Positions 26,565 through 36,983 of a DNA stretch of 64,000 nt are shown here, piece by piece; the first letter of the stretch is position 1; the number at the start of each line of letters is the position of its first letter. Below the pieces are notes generated by a model. It saw nothing but the letters and a program-made list of their open reading frames with translations. It was not told the DNA's origin and ran no database searches. Source of the DNA: a virus; the IMG/VR virus record IMGVR_UViG_3300020160_001428, positions 8,408-72,407 of that record, one strand, 5' to 3'. The position numbers were made by a program, and so were the translations under genes.

Positions 26565-27200
26565 TTATTGCCATGCGACCATTTTAAACCGCTCACGAGG
26601 TATGCCAAAATAGTCGCACTTCCAGTGACTTTGTGCAAAGAAGTCTAAATGATGCCACTCGTCTTTATGTGCTAGTATTTGCTTGGCGGCATGCTTCCAA
26701 TCAATGGCTAAGAGCACAGGTTCTACAGTAGCTTTTATTTCTGCTACTTCTTCATAGATAAAGCTATCCCATTCCCAGTGTAGAACTTCAAAGGCGTTGC
26801 CCTCACGATCAGCATAGTCCATAGAGAAGTCCAAGCCCCACTTGGGACGTAGTGCTATGATCTTGTTGACTAGGGGTAGTGTCTTTGCCCAATGATTAAG
26901 TTCTATTAGAGCTTGCCCTGTGTAGCCCTTACGTTCAAATAAGAGACTGTGGTTAAGGTGTGCGCCCTCTATTGCGGGCAGGTGTGTAAACCAATCTTGT
27001 TTAAGAGCTCGAAGATGTTCTCTATGCTTTTTGGGCTTGATTCTATTGCCGTAGGCAAAGTGTTGTTCTAGTTGGGTAAGATCGTAACCGTTCTGATCAA
27101 ATAGATCTAGGTCTTCTACTGTGGGTTGATAAAGCAGTTTTTCTATGGGCTTGTCCCAATAACCGTTTGAATCAAACTTATTATCACTGATTGATAACAT
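26565..27200 (-). CDS. Hypothetical protein
   Basis: 211 aa ORF. Confidence 0.7.
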   Translation of the reverse strand: MLSISDNKFDSNGYWDKPIEKLLYQPTVEDLDLFDQNGYDLTQLEQHFAYGNRIKPKKHREHLRALKQDWFTHLPAIEGAHLNHSLLFERKGYTGQALIELNHWAKTLPLVNKIIALRPKWGLDFSMDYADREGNAFEVLHWEWDSFIYEEVAEIKATVEPVLLAIDWKHAAKQILAHKDEWHHLDFFAQSHWKCDYFGIPRERFKMVAWQ

Positions 27201-27212
27201 GTTACTGTAGTT

Positions 27213-27578
27213 TTAGCCCATTATGATTGCGGCTACAAAGGCATCTTCTTGTGATATGGCGCTGATGTTTAATCGAGCCTGTGCCTGTTGCTCTGTAGTT
27301 ATTGTTTGTGAAAGATAACTCACTGCCGAAGTTGCTCCACTAGTTACCCACGATAAGTTACCTGATGAGTCTGTTTGAAGTAGTTGTCCGTTAGTTCCGC
27401 CTGTTGGGAACGACTGTAGTGTTACTATTGATTCTACACTTGCTACGGATTTTTTAAGGTATATTCGGCCGTCATAGGTGTTTAAGGCTAGTTCACCTAG
27501 TGCTAAGTCACCTGTTGCTGGTACTCTACCCGCAACTGCGCTTCGTTTTAACTTAACGACGTTTGCCGTTGTAGCCAT
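27213..27578 (-). CDS. Short tail-fibre-associated protein
   Basis: VKLKRSAVAGRVP...LALGELALNTYDGRIY; GTNGQLLQTDSSGNLSW. Confidence 0.75.
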   Translation of the reverse strand: MATTANVVKLKRSAVAGRVPATGDLALGELALNTYDGRIYLKKSVASVESIVTLQSFPTGGTNGQLLQTDSSGNLSWVTSGATSAVSYLSQTITTEQQAQARLNISAISQEDAFVAAIIMG

Positions 27579-27597
27579 GTGGCATCCCTTTATAATC

Positions 27598-27634
27598 CGC
27601 TATATAGCGAGGTTTTTACAAGAGTATATACTCT
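27598..27634. repeat. Two palindromes with a TATATA core
   Basis: CGCTATATAGCG (27598-27609) and AGAGTATATACTCT (27621-27634) between late promoter 27640-27645 and ATG 27578. Confidence 0.7.
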
Positions 27635-27666
27635 CACTGTATTTATTGTTTTAGGGGGATTAGGTG

Positions 27667-28020
27667 TTACCCGATGATTACTGAAGACACAATCCCACTA
27701 GAAGCACCGTGTCCGGCAACTAATGAAATATATGGAGCAATCATACCGCCACCGCCGGTTGCAGGATCAGCAATAGTTGTAGTGTAAGTTGTGCCACTGA
27801 TCACAAATGAGATTGGTGTTCCGGGAGTCAGTGAGCTATAAACTGCCCAAAGGGCGGCTGCGTTGGTACTGTCATTAACTTGAAGGTTATTACCTGACAA
27901 GTATACACCTTGACCGTATACTAGAGGCCAACCTGTGTAAGTTATAGAACTAGGAGGAACAAACCCATTCAAGGTTACCCCAGCATTGATGGTCATTCCT
28001 GGTCCGATAGTTAAAGCCAT
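27667..28020 (-). CDS. Small tail-associated protein (putative)
   Basis: MALTIGPGMTINAGVTL; Gly/Ser/Thr-rich; coupled to the fibre gene. Confidence 0.65.
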   Translation of the reverse strand: MALTIGPGMTINAGVTLNGFVPPSSITYTGWPLVYGQGVYLSGNNLQVNDSTNAAALWAVYSSLTPGTPISFVISGTTYTTTIADPATGGGGMIAPYISLVAGHGASSGIVSSVIIG

Positions 28021-30602
28021 TAGTATGTACCGCCGTCTAAATCAGCCCAAACAGGTAATCCTTCTTGTAACTGTAGAGTTTGTCCATTTGTGCCGGCTGT
28101 TAACTTGCTCAGTGTGTTTGAGGCACTTGCGTATAGTAAGTCACCCTTTGCATAACTACTCTGACCAGTACCACCGTAGGCATAAGTGATCACGTTAGCT
28201 TGCCAAGTACCAGTTCCGACAGTGCCAAGTGTAGTGATTGTGTTTTGACCAACATATGTGCTGGCAATGTCAACCGCATTAGCAGTTACACTAATCCTAT
28301 CAGCTGTACCAACTACATCCAATACACCATTTGTGTAAGTTAAACCGTTACCAGCTACTGTACTTGCTAGTTGTACATTATCCCCGGATATTTCAATACC
28401 GTTAGCAACGTTTACATCTAGTGTGTTACCAGTCTTGCTTAATCCCTGACCTGCTGTAATCTGTCCTGCACCACTGAACTGTACGAATGATAACGCTGTA
28501 GTTCCAACAGTAATAGCACCGTCAGTTGTTAATACAAATCCGCTGTCAGCGTTTGTTGTGCCTTCTTCAACGAAGGTAAACATTCCGCTAGTAACTTCTA
28601 CTCCCGGAGTATTATCACAATCTTCTGCACGAGTCCATGCACCACTTGCAACAACGTAAATACCGTTGTCTTCACCTGTTGTTTGATTCTTGACTAACAC
28701 ACGATTGCCAACTGCAAGCGCCACACCGTCAATAGTTTGTGTATTGCTCAGTGTAATGTTAGCAGTGGTTGCCGCACGTACAGATGCTTTGACATCCAAT
28801 CCTGAACGAGTAGCATCAACATAGGCCTTAGTTGCCGCGTCTTGTGCGCTAGTTGGATCTGTAAGATTAGTTATTTTTCCTGATACTGACAAGTTCCCGT
28901 CAGTACCAAATGTCCATGTCTTTGAGTTGCCAGCATCGATTACAACGTTACCAGCAGTAGAGCCGGTAATACTGTCAATGCCAACTAGGCTAGTGTCTAG
29001 TTCAACTACACCACTAGTGACTGCAAAGTTAGTACTGAACTGAGCAATACCTTTGTTACTAGTACTTGCATCTTCACCAGCAACTGTTATAGTAGTGCCA
29101 GAGTGTGTTACATCAATGCCTTCACCGCCTAGTATGCTGATAGCATTACTAGCAACAGTTAATGCACCACTGTCAGTAGTAACTGACTGTACAACATTTG
29201 TTTTTAGTGCAACGTCACCGCTAGTAACTACAAATCCACTGGTATTAAATGTTGCAACACCTTTTACGCTTGATGTAGCTGTGGCTACGCTGATTGCCAC
29301 TTGGTTATCTGTTACTGCTGTGCTGATTGCTCCGCTACCAGTGATAGTTAATGTATCACTACCTAACGCAACTCCGTCAGTTCCTGTGTTGCCAGCAATA
29401 TTAAGCGTGGTGCTTATAGATGCTGTTGTTACTGCTGTAATTAAGCCCTTACCATTAACAGTAATAACTGGTATTGCTGTTGAACTACCAAATGATCCAG
29501 TGTTTGTGTTTACTGTGTCTAGGGTAACTGTAATAGTTGTGTCACCCAAGTTGGTCATTGTGGCAAAACCGTCCGCATCGCCAGCAATGGTAATAACAGG
29601 ATCACTTACATTAAAGTCTAACTTACCATTTGTGTCATCATAAGTTACGCTAATACCGCTTTCAGTATTAGAGTCAATCATTCCGCCTACGATGTCTTGT
29701 ATTCTTTCTGTTTTTAATGTAACTGCACCAGTGGTAACTGTAAAGTCTGTTACATCAAAGCTGGCAATACCTTTGTTAGTATCTGTTGCATCTTCGCCGG
29801 ATACTGTTACTGTACCTGCTGTATCGTCATAAGTTACATCAATGCCTTCGCCGGCTACTACTTGTCCACCTGTTGCGTCTTGAATGTACTCAAGTAACGA
29901 AGTACTAGCATCAGTATAGATGTTACTGATAATGGACTTACCAGTACCATTTGGAGTAACTGTGATATTACCGTTTGTATCTGTAGATGTAATGGCATTG
30001 CCGTCAATGCTGATATTGTCTACAGTTAATGCTGTGAATGAGCCGGTACTAGGTGTAACGTTACCAATAGGTGTATTATTAATACTAGTAAAACTGGCGG
30101 CTCCGGCGCTGATAGTGCCGCTTACAAATAATGCGCCACCAACACCAACACCACCAGTTACAACCAATGCACCAGTACTGGTGCTTGTGCTGACTTTACT
30201 AGAAGTTAATAATACGCTGCCAGTACCGTTAGGAGCAAGTGTTAAGTCTCCATTGACATCTGTAGTGATTATACTGTTGCCATTAAATGACAAGTTATCA
30301 ACTAATAGTTCGTCTAGCTTTTTATTAGCATCAACAACTAACGCTGAACTGGCTGTTAGTAAGCCACGTTCGTGATCTAGTAGATCTGTAAAATACTTAC
30401 CACCAATAACAATAACGTCATTGGCATTACCAGTGCCGCCGTTGACACCGTTTGCTCCGATGAATAACCTGTCACCACCGTTGCTAGTAGGGTTGCCGCT
30501 GGCAGTTAAGTAGCTGTAGGCTAACTCACCTAGTTTTAACGATGCTGGTGCACCTGAGGTACCTGATCGTTTAATCTTTATAATATTTGATTCAATAGCC
30601 AT
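28020..30602 (-). CDS. Tail fibre protein
   Basis: IKIKRS...LKLGELAY; repeated GEGIDVT and GEDA..NKGIA.F; DAATKAYVD; RVLVKNQT...NGIY. Confidence 0.85.
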   Translation of the reverse strand: MAIESNIIKIKRSGTSGAPASLKLGELAYSYLTASGNPTSNGGDRLFIGANGVNGGTGNANDVIVIGGKYFTDLLDHERGLLTASSALVVDANKKLDELLVDNLSFNGNSIITTDVNGDLTLAPNGTGSVLLTSSKVSTSTSTGALVVTGGVGVGGALFVSGTISAGAASFTSINNTPIGNVTPSTGSFTALTVDNISIDGNAITSTDTNGNITVTPNGTGKSIISNIYTDASTSLLEYIQDATGGQVVAGEGIDVTYDDTAGTVTVSGEDATDTNKGIASFDVTDFTVTTGAVTLKTERIQDIVGGMIDSNTESGISVTYDDTNGKLDFNVSDPVITIAGDADGFATMTNLGDTTITVTLDTVNTNTGSFGSSTAIPVITVNGKGLITAVTTASISTTLNIAGNTGTDGVALGSDTLTITGSGAISTAVTDNQVAISVATATSSVKGVATFNTSGFVVTSGDVALKTNVVQSVTTDSGALTVASNAISILGGEGIDVTHSGTTITVAGEDASTSNKGIAQFSTNFAVTSGVVELDTSLVGIDSITGSTAGNVVIDAGNSKTWTFGTDGNLSVSGKITNLTDPTSAQDAATKAYVDATRSGLDVKASVRAATTANITLSNTQTIDGVALAVGNRVLVKNQTTGEDNGIYVVASGAWTRAEDCDNTPGVEVTSGMFTFVEEGTTNADSGFVLTTDGAITVGTTALSFVQFSGAGQITAGQGLSKTGNTLDVNVANGIEISGDNVQLASTVAGNGLTYTNGVLDVVGTADRISVTANAVDIASTYVGQNTITTLGTVGTGTWQANVITYAYGGTGQSSYAKGDLLYASASNTLSKLTAGTNGQTLQLQEGLPVWADLDGGTY

Positions 30603-30618
30603 TTAACCGCTCCGTATT

Positions 30619-31449
30619 TTAGAAAAACCCACCGTCCATCTCATTGGATCTTAAATTCTGTATTGTATCCCAACGTTCACTGCTGGCGTTATAAATCAAC
30701 AATGCACCATCATCTAGTGCCGCGCCACCAGCCGTTGAGTTAACATCTGGGATATCCACTACTGTATTTATTCCAGCCCCTTTACTTACGCTGATCGAGC
30801 CAAACTCGTCAATATTGACGTTTGTACCTGCTTTTACCACACCCAAAGTGCTGGTAGTTGCTACGGGAACGCTGACAGTGCCGTCAACTGCAACATTGAT
30901 ATTATCGCCAACAATAACACCACCGAGAGTGGTAGTTGTAGCAGGAGTCAGTGAGTATTGTTCAATACTAGACCACTCTACATCGTAATCTGTGGTTGTT
31001 GCTTTTACTAAGACCTGCCCAGGTACTCCACCTTCAGGGAGGGGAGTTAGATCTACTGGCAGACCGGTTGCTGGGCTAGTTGCGTTAACAGTTCCTGAAA
31101 CAACTAGATCAATCGGAGCTCCGTCGTTAGTGATAGATAATTTGTTAGTTTCAGTGTCAACACTAAATCTAACGCCACTGACATATAAGCTACCTGGACC
31201 AACATATATGTCTTTCCATTGCTTTTCTACTGTACCCAGTGAGTAGACATTATCTACAGAGGGAATAATATTTCGATTAACTGCACCTAAATCAACAGTA
31301 CTAGTGATAAAAGTATTAATAGCAGTACTGATGCCGCCAAGTTCTGCGGCAAAATCTACAAAGTTACCGTTGATCTTGCGAAAGGCTTCGCGAACAGTAT
31401 CGCCATCTCTAGCGTTGGGTGTACCAAGATTAATTGTTTCGATTGTCAC
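30619..31449 (-). CDS. Baseplate/tail-fibre related protein
   Basis: INLGTPNARDGDTVREAFRKIN; ATTTTLGGVIVG; DGGFF end. Confidence 0.75.
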   Translation of the reverse strand: MTIETINLGTPNARDGDTVREAFRKINGNFVDFAAELGGISTAINTFITSTVDLGAVNRNIIPSVDNVYSLGTVEKQWKDIYVGPGSLYVSGVRFSVDTETNKLSITNDGAPIDLVVSGTVNATSPATGLPVDLTPLPEGGVPGQVLVKATTTDYDVEWSSIEQYSLTPATTTTLGGVIVGDNINVAVDGTVSVPVATTSTLGVVKAGTNVNIDEFGSISVSKGAGINTVVDIPDVNSTAGGAALDDGALLIYNASSERWDTIQNLRSNEMDGGFF

Positions 31450-31490
31450 TTTCTGCTCCTGCTATGCTCTTTTCAATATTTATCGTTATC

Positions 31491-33254
31491 TTATATATGC
31501 TCCTGCCAAGTAACTACGCCCACAGCATCATCATTGTTGGTAGTAGCAATAGCAGCCAAACACCATATGTCCGATACGCCTGCAATAGTGCGGCCTATCT
31601 GTTGACTAAAGTCTACTTCATTTGAAGTAATAGCGGCTGATCCACCTTTGTTAGATCCTACAAAGATACCTTGATCGATTACAGTTCCACCTGACAATGC
31701 CGTGGAGGCAAGGTCATACTCTACCGAACTGTCTGATCCAGAACTAGTCCAACTAGCATCAGTCAATGTTGGGTTTATGATTATGCGATAGACAAACGCG
31801 GCCTGTTGTAGGCCATACACATCAAACTTAACAGGGACCACAACCGATTCGAGATTGGCTGCTTTGAGCCTAATACATACTAGAGGTCTATACACAGTAT
31901 CGCTGATATTTTTACCTGTTAGACTGGTTCCAATACTGCGGGTAACGCTACGATTCATGTAGCCACCTTCGGATATCACAGTGGAGCAGATAGCTCGCAT
32001 GGTGCCTGCGGCTCCTGTACTGGTCAGTTCATATCTAACGGGCAATGTAGCAGTGGTCATGTAAACTCTGTCAAAGCCAACTCGATTAGCGTGATGGAAG
32101 GTGTGACATACTATGAACTGTCCGTCTATGACAAACCCGCAACGAACTGATCCTACGCCCAGCCATTCAATATCACACCAAAAAATCTGTGATCTACTTA
32201 CAACTAAGGTAATGCCGCTTGCTCCTGTACCATTGAGTTTATCACCATTCCAAGTTGCTTGAGCAAACTTTTCTGTTGTATCGTCTACTGATCCTGATGT
32301 GTATTTCCTTATGACAAGATTTACTGTGGTACCATCTACTTCAAAGTATACACCGTTCTGTGCTCCAAACAATCCCACACGCTGACGCAGACCCGCAGTG
32401 GGTGTGGTCATCGCAAAAGTAGCCATGGTCAGTAGACTCTTGCCAGGCTGATAGGCAAACACTGATTTGGTTTGTCTTAAACTTTCATCACCGTTGCCCG
32501 ACACTGACATTAATACTGAACTTTCATTAGTTACAAATGTTGATGTGGCCGCGCCAGTGTCTACCTGATTCCATTTGAATGGATCATCTCTGTAGCGTTG
32601 GGCACCATCGAACAGGGTAAACGGATTGCTGACTCGTAGTCTGCCAAACGCATCGAGATTTGCTCCGCCGAAAGACACAACCGGTGTGCCTGTAATCGTA
32701 GCAGTAACATTACCACTAATCGGAACGGGATTGCCTGTATCGTTCTTAATCTCTACTTCTGGCATTGTACCTACATTAACTGTAGGCGTACCACTGATAG
32801 TAACTGTGGTATTCTCTAATGCTGTTAATGTAGTGCTTCCTAACTCAACTGTACCACTTACAGTGGCATTAATATTCTCTAATGCTGTTAATGTATTTGT
32901 ATCTAATGCTACAGTTCCACTTACTTGTTGTGTAGTTGGGAATGTCACATTGGCATTAACAGTACCGTCTACTGTTATAGTATTGCCGCCATCTTGTACT
33001 GTAACTGTGCCGCCAATAGGCATATAAGGTACTGCGAGGATGCCGCTGGTACCCACTTCCGTTATGTGCGTATGAACTGGAGCTTCAGGTGTTGATGTAA
33101 CTGTAACAGTATCAACTAGATTTACATCACCTGTAATAGTAATGTTATCACTACCCAGTGTAACACGGAGGTGAGGCTTACCAGCGTCATCATACTCCAT
33201 AGCCTTATGGATGTTGTTTAAGTTAGGATCTTGGGTATCGTGATGGTAAGGCAT
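31491..33254 (-). CDS. Virion structural protein
   Basis: Thr/Val-rich repeats; DAFGRLRVSNPFTLFD, YQPGKS, EWLGVG motifs. Confidence 0.75.
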   Translation of the reverse strand: MPYHHDTQDPNLNNIHKAMEYDDAGKPHLRVTLGSDNITITGDVNLVDTVTVTSTPEAPVHTHITEVGTSGILAVPYMPIGGTVTVQDGGNTITVDGTVNANVTFPTTQQVSGTVALDTNTLTALENINATVSGTVELGSTTLTALENTTVTISGTPTVNVGTMPEVEIKNDTGNPVPISGNVTATITGTPVVSFGGANLDAFGRLRVSNPFTLFDGAQRYRDDPFKWNQVDTGAATSTFVTNESSVLMSVSGNGDESLRQTKSVFAYQPGKSLLTMATFAMTTPTAGLRQRVGLFGAQNGVYFEVDGTTVNLVIRKYTSGSVDDTTEKFAQATWNGDKLNGTGASGITLVVSRSQIFWCDIEWLGVGSVRCGFVIDGQFIVCHTFHHANRVGFDRVYMTTATLPVRYELTSTGAAGTMRAICSTVISEGGYMNRSVTRSIGTSLTGKNISDTVYRPLVCIRLKAANLESVVVPVKFDVYGLQQAAFVYRIIINPTLTDASWTSSGSDSSVEYDLASTALSGGTVIDQGIFVGSNKGGSAAITSNEVDFSQQIGRTIAGVSDIWCLAAIATTNNDDAVGVVTWQEHI

Positions 33255-34162
33255 TATAATCCGTAGTAGCTCTTGGTTGTGTTGTAGTTTTGTGTGATTT
33301 CAGCATCACTTAATGCTCTACTATAAATCTGTATGGCACCCATGCCGCCGTTAAAGTTGGGGTCAGGTCCTCCAGGAGGATATCCCCAATTACTTCTACC
33401 AATATAACAATTAGCCCTAGTGCTGACAGCTGGTGCTGCCACTGCTCCTGTTGCTGTTGGAACTCCATCTATAAACACCTTGCCTACTGTTCCTGTAGGC
33501 GTCCACGTTGCACATACATGATGCCAGCCGGTATTAGGCAATAGTTGAACTTCGGATTGTATATTATCGCCACTGGGGCCGACCCACAGTACAGGTTCAC
33601 CACTTAGGCCGCCTGTTGCAGATAACAACACATTGTCTGAACCTGCGTCACTGCCAAAATCTATAATACGATTCCAGTTGGGTACGCTGATAATGTATAC
33701 CCAACTTTGAATTGTGTATCCAGCACTGGTAAAGTAAATGCCCGGTGGACATTGAGCATATTGTGCGTCTGAACCGTCGAATGCCAGTGCTCCACCTAGG
33801 GCTTCACCGTAGGCAATTCCACCGTAGACCGTGGCATGATTGTTGTTGCCGCTTAGATCATTCCAAGTGTCCTCACCGGGTTCTCTAGACCAACTGTTTA
33901 GATTGCGAGCATCTAGATTTAATACTAGTCCCTCTTCAATGACTGTGATAATAGTATCTGGGTTCCAAGGACGACCTTGTAAAAGTCCGCCTGCATTAGG
34001 ATTATTAGTTATCGCGTTGCCACTGTACTGTGTGGGTAACTGTGTAATGTCGTAAGTTGCTCTAGGGTTACCATCCGCCGCACGTTTTGTAGCTGCCAAA
34101 TCTAGTTTAGCTTTTTGCCTAAGTTGTTTTGTTGCCAGTGTTGAGATACCGTTTTGACTCAT
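33254..34162 (-). CDS. LamG/concanavalin A-like lectin domain virion protein
   Basis: GLVLNLDA...WNDLSGNNNHAT, WHHVCATW, IYSRALSDAEITQNY. Confidence 0.85.
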   Translation of the reverse strand: MSQNGISTLATKQLRQKAKLDLAATKRAADGNPRATYDITQLPTQYSGNAITNNPNAGGLLQGRPWNPDTIITVIEEGLVLNLDARNLNSWSREPGEDTWNDLSGNNNHATVYGGIAYGEALGGALAFDGSDAQYAQCPPGIYFTSAGYTIQSWVYIISVPNWNRIIDFGSDAGSDNVLLSATGGLSGEPVLWVGPSGDNIQSEVQLLPNTGWHHVCATWTPTGTVGKVFIDGVPTATGAVAAPAVSTRANCYIGRSNWGYPPGGPDPNFNGGMGAIQIYSRALSDAEITQNYNTTKSYYGL

Positions 34163-34455
34163 TGCGGGCCTCCATTGTATATTGGAAAACTGTTGCCTCT
34201 AATGTCAGCAGGGTCCTTAGGACCGTTTACTCCACCGCCTGCATGTGTAGTAACAGCATCAATACCAGCATACTGCTCTTTAGGCTTGTTGGTCATAATA
34301 GTTTCTTTTTCTTTGCTTAGTAGATCGAATACTTGTTTGAAACGATTAGGGTCATTCGACTGTAGTGTTTGATCCTGCGGCTCATCAACTGCCTCGGGCT
34401 CTTGCTCTCGGTCCATTGCGTCTAAAACTGCTCTGATTAAGTCTTGTGCTCTCAT
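34159..34455 (-). CDS. Hypothetical protein
   Basis: MRAQDLIR...AGGGVNGPKDPADIR; start re-assigned. Confidence 0.7.
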   Translation of the reverse strand: MRAQDLIRAVLDAMDREQEPEAVDEPQDQTLQSNDPNRFKQVFDLLSKEKETIMTNKPKEQYAGIDAVTTHAGGGVNGPKDPADIRGNSFPIYNGGPQ

Positions 34456-34474
34456 TATTGGCTTTCCTATTAGA

Positions 34475-34489
34475 TATTTATCGTAAATA
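34475..34489. promoter_or_regulatory. Back-to-back divergent late promoters (TATTTA-tcg-TAAATA)
   Basis: Located in the 41 nt gap between divergent genes. Confidence 0.6.
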
Positions 34490-34496
34490 ACATACG

Positions 34497-34985
34497 ATGA
34501 CAGCAAAACCTGTATTAATGATTCATGAGATTACAGATGCAATTTTTAACTTGCCCCTAGCTGATTATCTGCTGACTTTTGATGATGGTACCCAAGATCA
34601 TTGGCAGTATTTTAAGCAAGTACGGGCTATTCCTACAGAAAAAATCTACTTTATCATTACCAATCGTATTGGCACAGCAGGATATCTCAATTTAGAACAA
34701 GTTAAACAGATGAGTTTAGATCCAATGACTACAATTGGTGGGCATAGTCACGATCACATTAGGTTAAACACATTTGACACGCTGGTTGAAAAAGTAGCAT
34801 ATATTAAACAAGACACTGAACAAATGATTAATTGGTTTAATGAGAATTTAGGATACTGTCCTAAAGCATTCTGTTTACCCTATAACGAAGATGCTGGCGG
34901 ACTATATGCCGCGTGGCTGAGAAATAAAGGGATTACTAGTATCTATGCTAGCGAAAGGACTGCCTGTGAGCATATACTTTCCTAA
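34497..34985 (+). CDS. Polysaccharide deacetylase (CE4/NodB-like)
   Basis: LTFDDG, GGHSHDH, LPY. Confidence 0.85.
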   Translation: MTAKPVLMIHEITDAIFNLPLADYLLTFDDGTQDHWQYFKQVRAIPTEKIYFIITNRIGTAGYLNLEQVKQMSLDPMTTIGGHSHDHIRLNTFDTLVEKVAYIKQDTEQMINWFNENLGYCPKAFCLPYNEDAGGLYAAWLRNKGITSIYASERTACEHILS

Positions 34986-35694
34986 TACGCCTGCTACCTT
35001 TATCCATGTTCCAAGGACCGGAGGCACTAGTTTTAAAAGTTGGGCAAAGACTAATATCCTATCTAGTCAAGAGCTACCATTGCCAGATTTTATCCCCAGC
35101 AACACAAATATAATTCCCAATAGACAACATCTCATATCTGTTTGGGGCGACTTGGGAACTGAGTTTGCATTTGTTCGCAATCCCTATGATCGACTAGTTA
35201 GTCTTTATCATTATATGGGTCAATGGGCTGAACAACGATTTGCAGATAACAAAAACAAATTAGCCACCGGTGTTGACTTTGTCAAATCGTTTCCATATCA
35301 AAGTAGTAATGCTATAACTGCTATACAAGATGATAAACGTCTAATTGATTATTATAACTTGGGCTTTGAGAATTGGCTCAACTCTGTGTTCCATAATAGA
35401 GATGATATCTACAGTAAAACTGGGCATGGTACAAGGCATATTATTGATCACTTTTGGCGAGGAGAAACTCAGCTAAGTTGGTTCAATGGTCAACTGCCCG
35501 ATGTCATTATAAAGACTGAAGAACTAAGCAGGCAATTTTATATTATACAAGATTTACTAAATTGCCATGTGCCACTGCCTATAGAAAATAGTAGCAGGCA
35601 CGATCACTATCAAGCATACTATAATTCATCTACAAAAAAACTAGTAGAAACAATATTTGCTGAAGACTTAGCCGCGTTTGAATACAAGTTTTAA
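34966..35694 (+). CDS. Sulfotransferase family 2 protein
   Basis: FIHVPRTGGTS 5'-PSB loop, FVRNPYDRLVSLY, EDLAAFEYKF; GTG start after AAGGA. Confidence 0.85.
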   Translation: MSIYFPNTPATFIHVPRTGGTSFKSWAKTNILSSQELPLPDFIPSNTNIIPNRQHLISVWGDLGTEFAFVRNPYDRLVSLYHYMGQWAEQRFADNKNKLATGVDFVKSFPYQSSNAITAIQDDKRLIDYYNLGFENWLNSVFHNRDDIYSKTGHGTRHIIDHFWRGETQLSWFNGQLPDVIIKTEELSRQFYIIQDLLNCHVPLPIENSSRHDHYQAYYNSSTKKLVETIFAEDLAAFEYKF

Positions 35695-36318
35695 TGCTTC
35701 TGCATTACTGTAGCCAACTTGATATCCCCTATACTTTAATAGTGTCAGCATTGCCTCCACACTACGAGCATCAGGAAACTCGTATGTTTCAGTAACATAT
35801 TTTCTCAGTGCAGTTTCTTTCAGTACCACTATGTCAGCGTTAATTTCTATGTAAGTGTTTGGTTCAAATACTGGTTGTACTTGCGAGAAAGTCCAATCAG
35901 TACTAGATGGCACTTCAAAGAAGTACAATTCATCGACAGTACTAGAGGGTTTAGGGCGACATGCTACCAGTGCGGCTTCTGCTAGTATGCGATGATCTCT
36001 ATTCATGTCACTGATGTTGTGAGTATAGACAGCATTAAACTTTTCCATATCAACTAACTTGGTCACAAACTCCGACATTTCTTTAATGTCTAATGTTAGA
36101 TCGTTATTGTTCCACATCTTCCATTTAGCTCCAGCGGCTTCACAATTCTTAATAAATGTGTCAGTCCTAACTCGACTGACGTCATAGGCATTTGGTCGAT
36201 TGCCGTTGCACATACTGTAGACATGTACGTCATGTCCTTCACGACTTAGCTTTACGATAGTTCCGTAAGGGCCATAGGCTTCGTCGTCAGGGTGAGCTAG
36301 TAGAAATAATATTTTCAT
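35668..36318 (-). CDS. PIG-L/LmbE family N-deacetylase
   Basis: AHPDDE, DMNRDH. Confidence 0.88.
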   Translation of the reverse strand: MKILFLLAHPDDEAYGPYGTIVKLSREGHDVHVYSMCNGNRPNAYDVSRVRTDTFIKNCEAAGAKWKMWNNNDLTLDIKEMSEFVTKLVDMEKFNAVYTHNISDMNRDHRILAEAALVACRPKPSSTVDELYFFEVPSSTDWTFSQVQPVFEPNTYIEINADIVVLKETALRKYVTETYEFPDARSVEAMLTLLKYRGYQVGYSNAEALKLVFKRG

Positions 36319-36983
36319 TGCAATATCCAGTCCATTCCTAATTTTTTATACAGCAATTCAGCAACCATAAAATCTTCTTCATCGTCAATGTCTATGCTTT
36401 CAATTTTACTTAACATAGTAAAATGGGGTTTATTTCCTACTATGTTGCCTGTTGCGGCTAGAAGTTCAGTCTTAATAATACCCACGGCCCAGTTTAATGA
36501 TACAATATTAGGCAACTCTTGACTACGAGGAGTTTTATTACTGTCATAGTTAAGAGACTTGCCATCTTGCCATAAAAACTTCTTTTCAGGACTAACTGAT
36601 ACAACACTATCTATGTTAGGATAATCTGTTTTAATTTTATCAACTGCCGCCTGTAAGGTTGATAATTTCAATAGTGGTTGAACAACTTCTGAGTTTATCA
36701 TAAATTCAGCAGGACATGCCTCAGCTAAATTTTTATAAAATAGATCATTAGATATTTCTCCGGCATAATAAGGATCTCTGTGATGTACACGTATGCCGTG
36801 TGAACCTGCAATCCTAACACATTGTTCACAGTCTGTACTGACTATGATGTCTGATAAGCCGTTTACCTGTTTTAACATTGTTAGTCTAATATCTAATAGA
36901 GTAGTATCAGCAAACGGCTTTGAGTTCTTTGAAGGTACACGCTTAGAGCCTTTTCTTACAGGGACCATTGCAATAATGCTCAT
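36315..36983 (-). CDS. Acylneuraminate cytidylyltransferase (NeuA-like)
   Basis: PVRKGSKRVPSKN, VSTD, SIDIDDEEDF. Confidence 0.88.
   Translation of the reverse strand: MSIIAMVPVRKGSKRVPSKNSKPFADTTLLDIRLTMLKQVNGLSDIIVSTDCEQCVRIAGSHGIRVHHRDPYYAGEISNDLFYKNLAEACPAEFMINSEVVQPLLKLSTLQAAVDKIKTDYPNIDSVVSVSPEKKFLWQDGKSLNYDSNKTPRSQELPNIVSLNWAVGIIKTELLAATGNIVGNKPHFTMLSKIESIDIDDEEDFMVAELLYKKLGMDWILQ

Noticed and set aside
29053-33027. Long plus-strand ORFs (29053, 29920, 30992, 32626)
   Set aside because: Antisense shadows of Thr/Gly/Val-rich fibre genes, with no RBS or recognisable motifs
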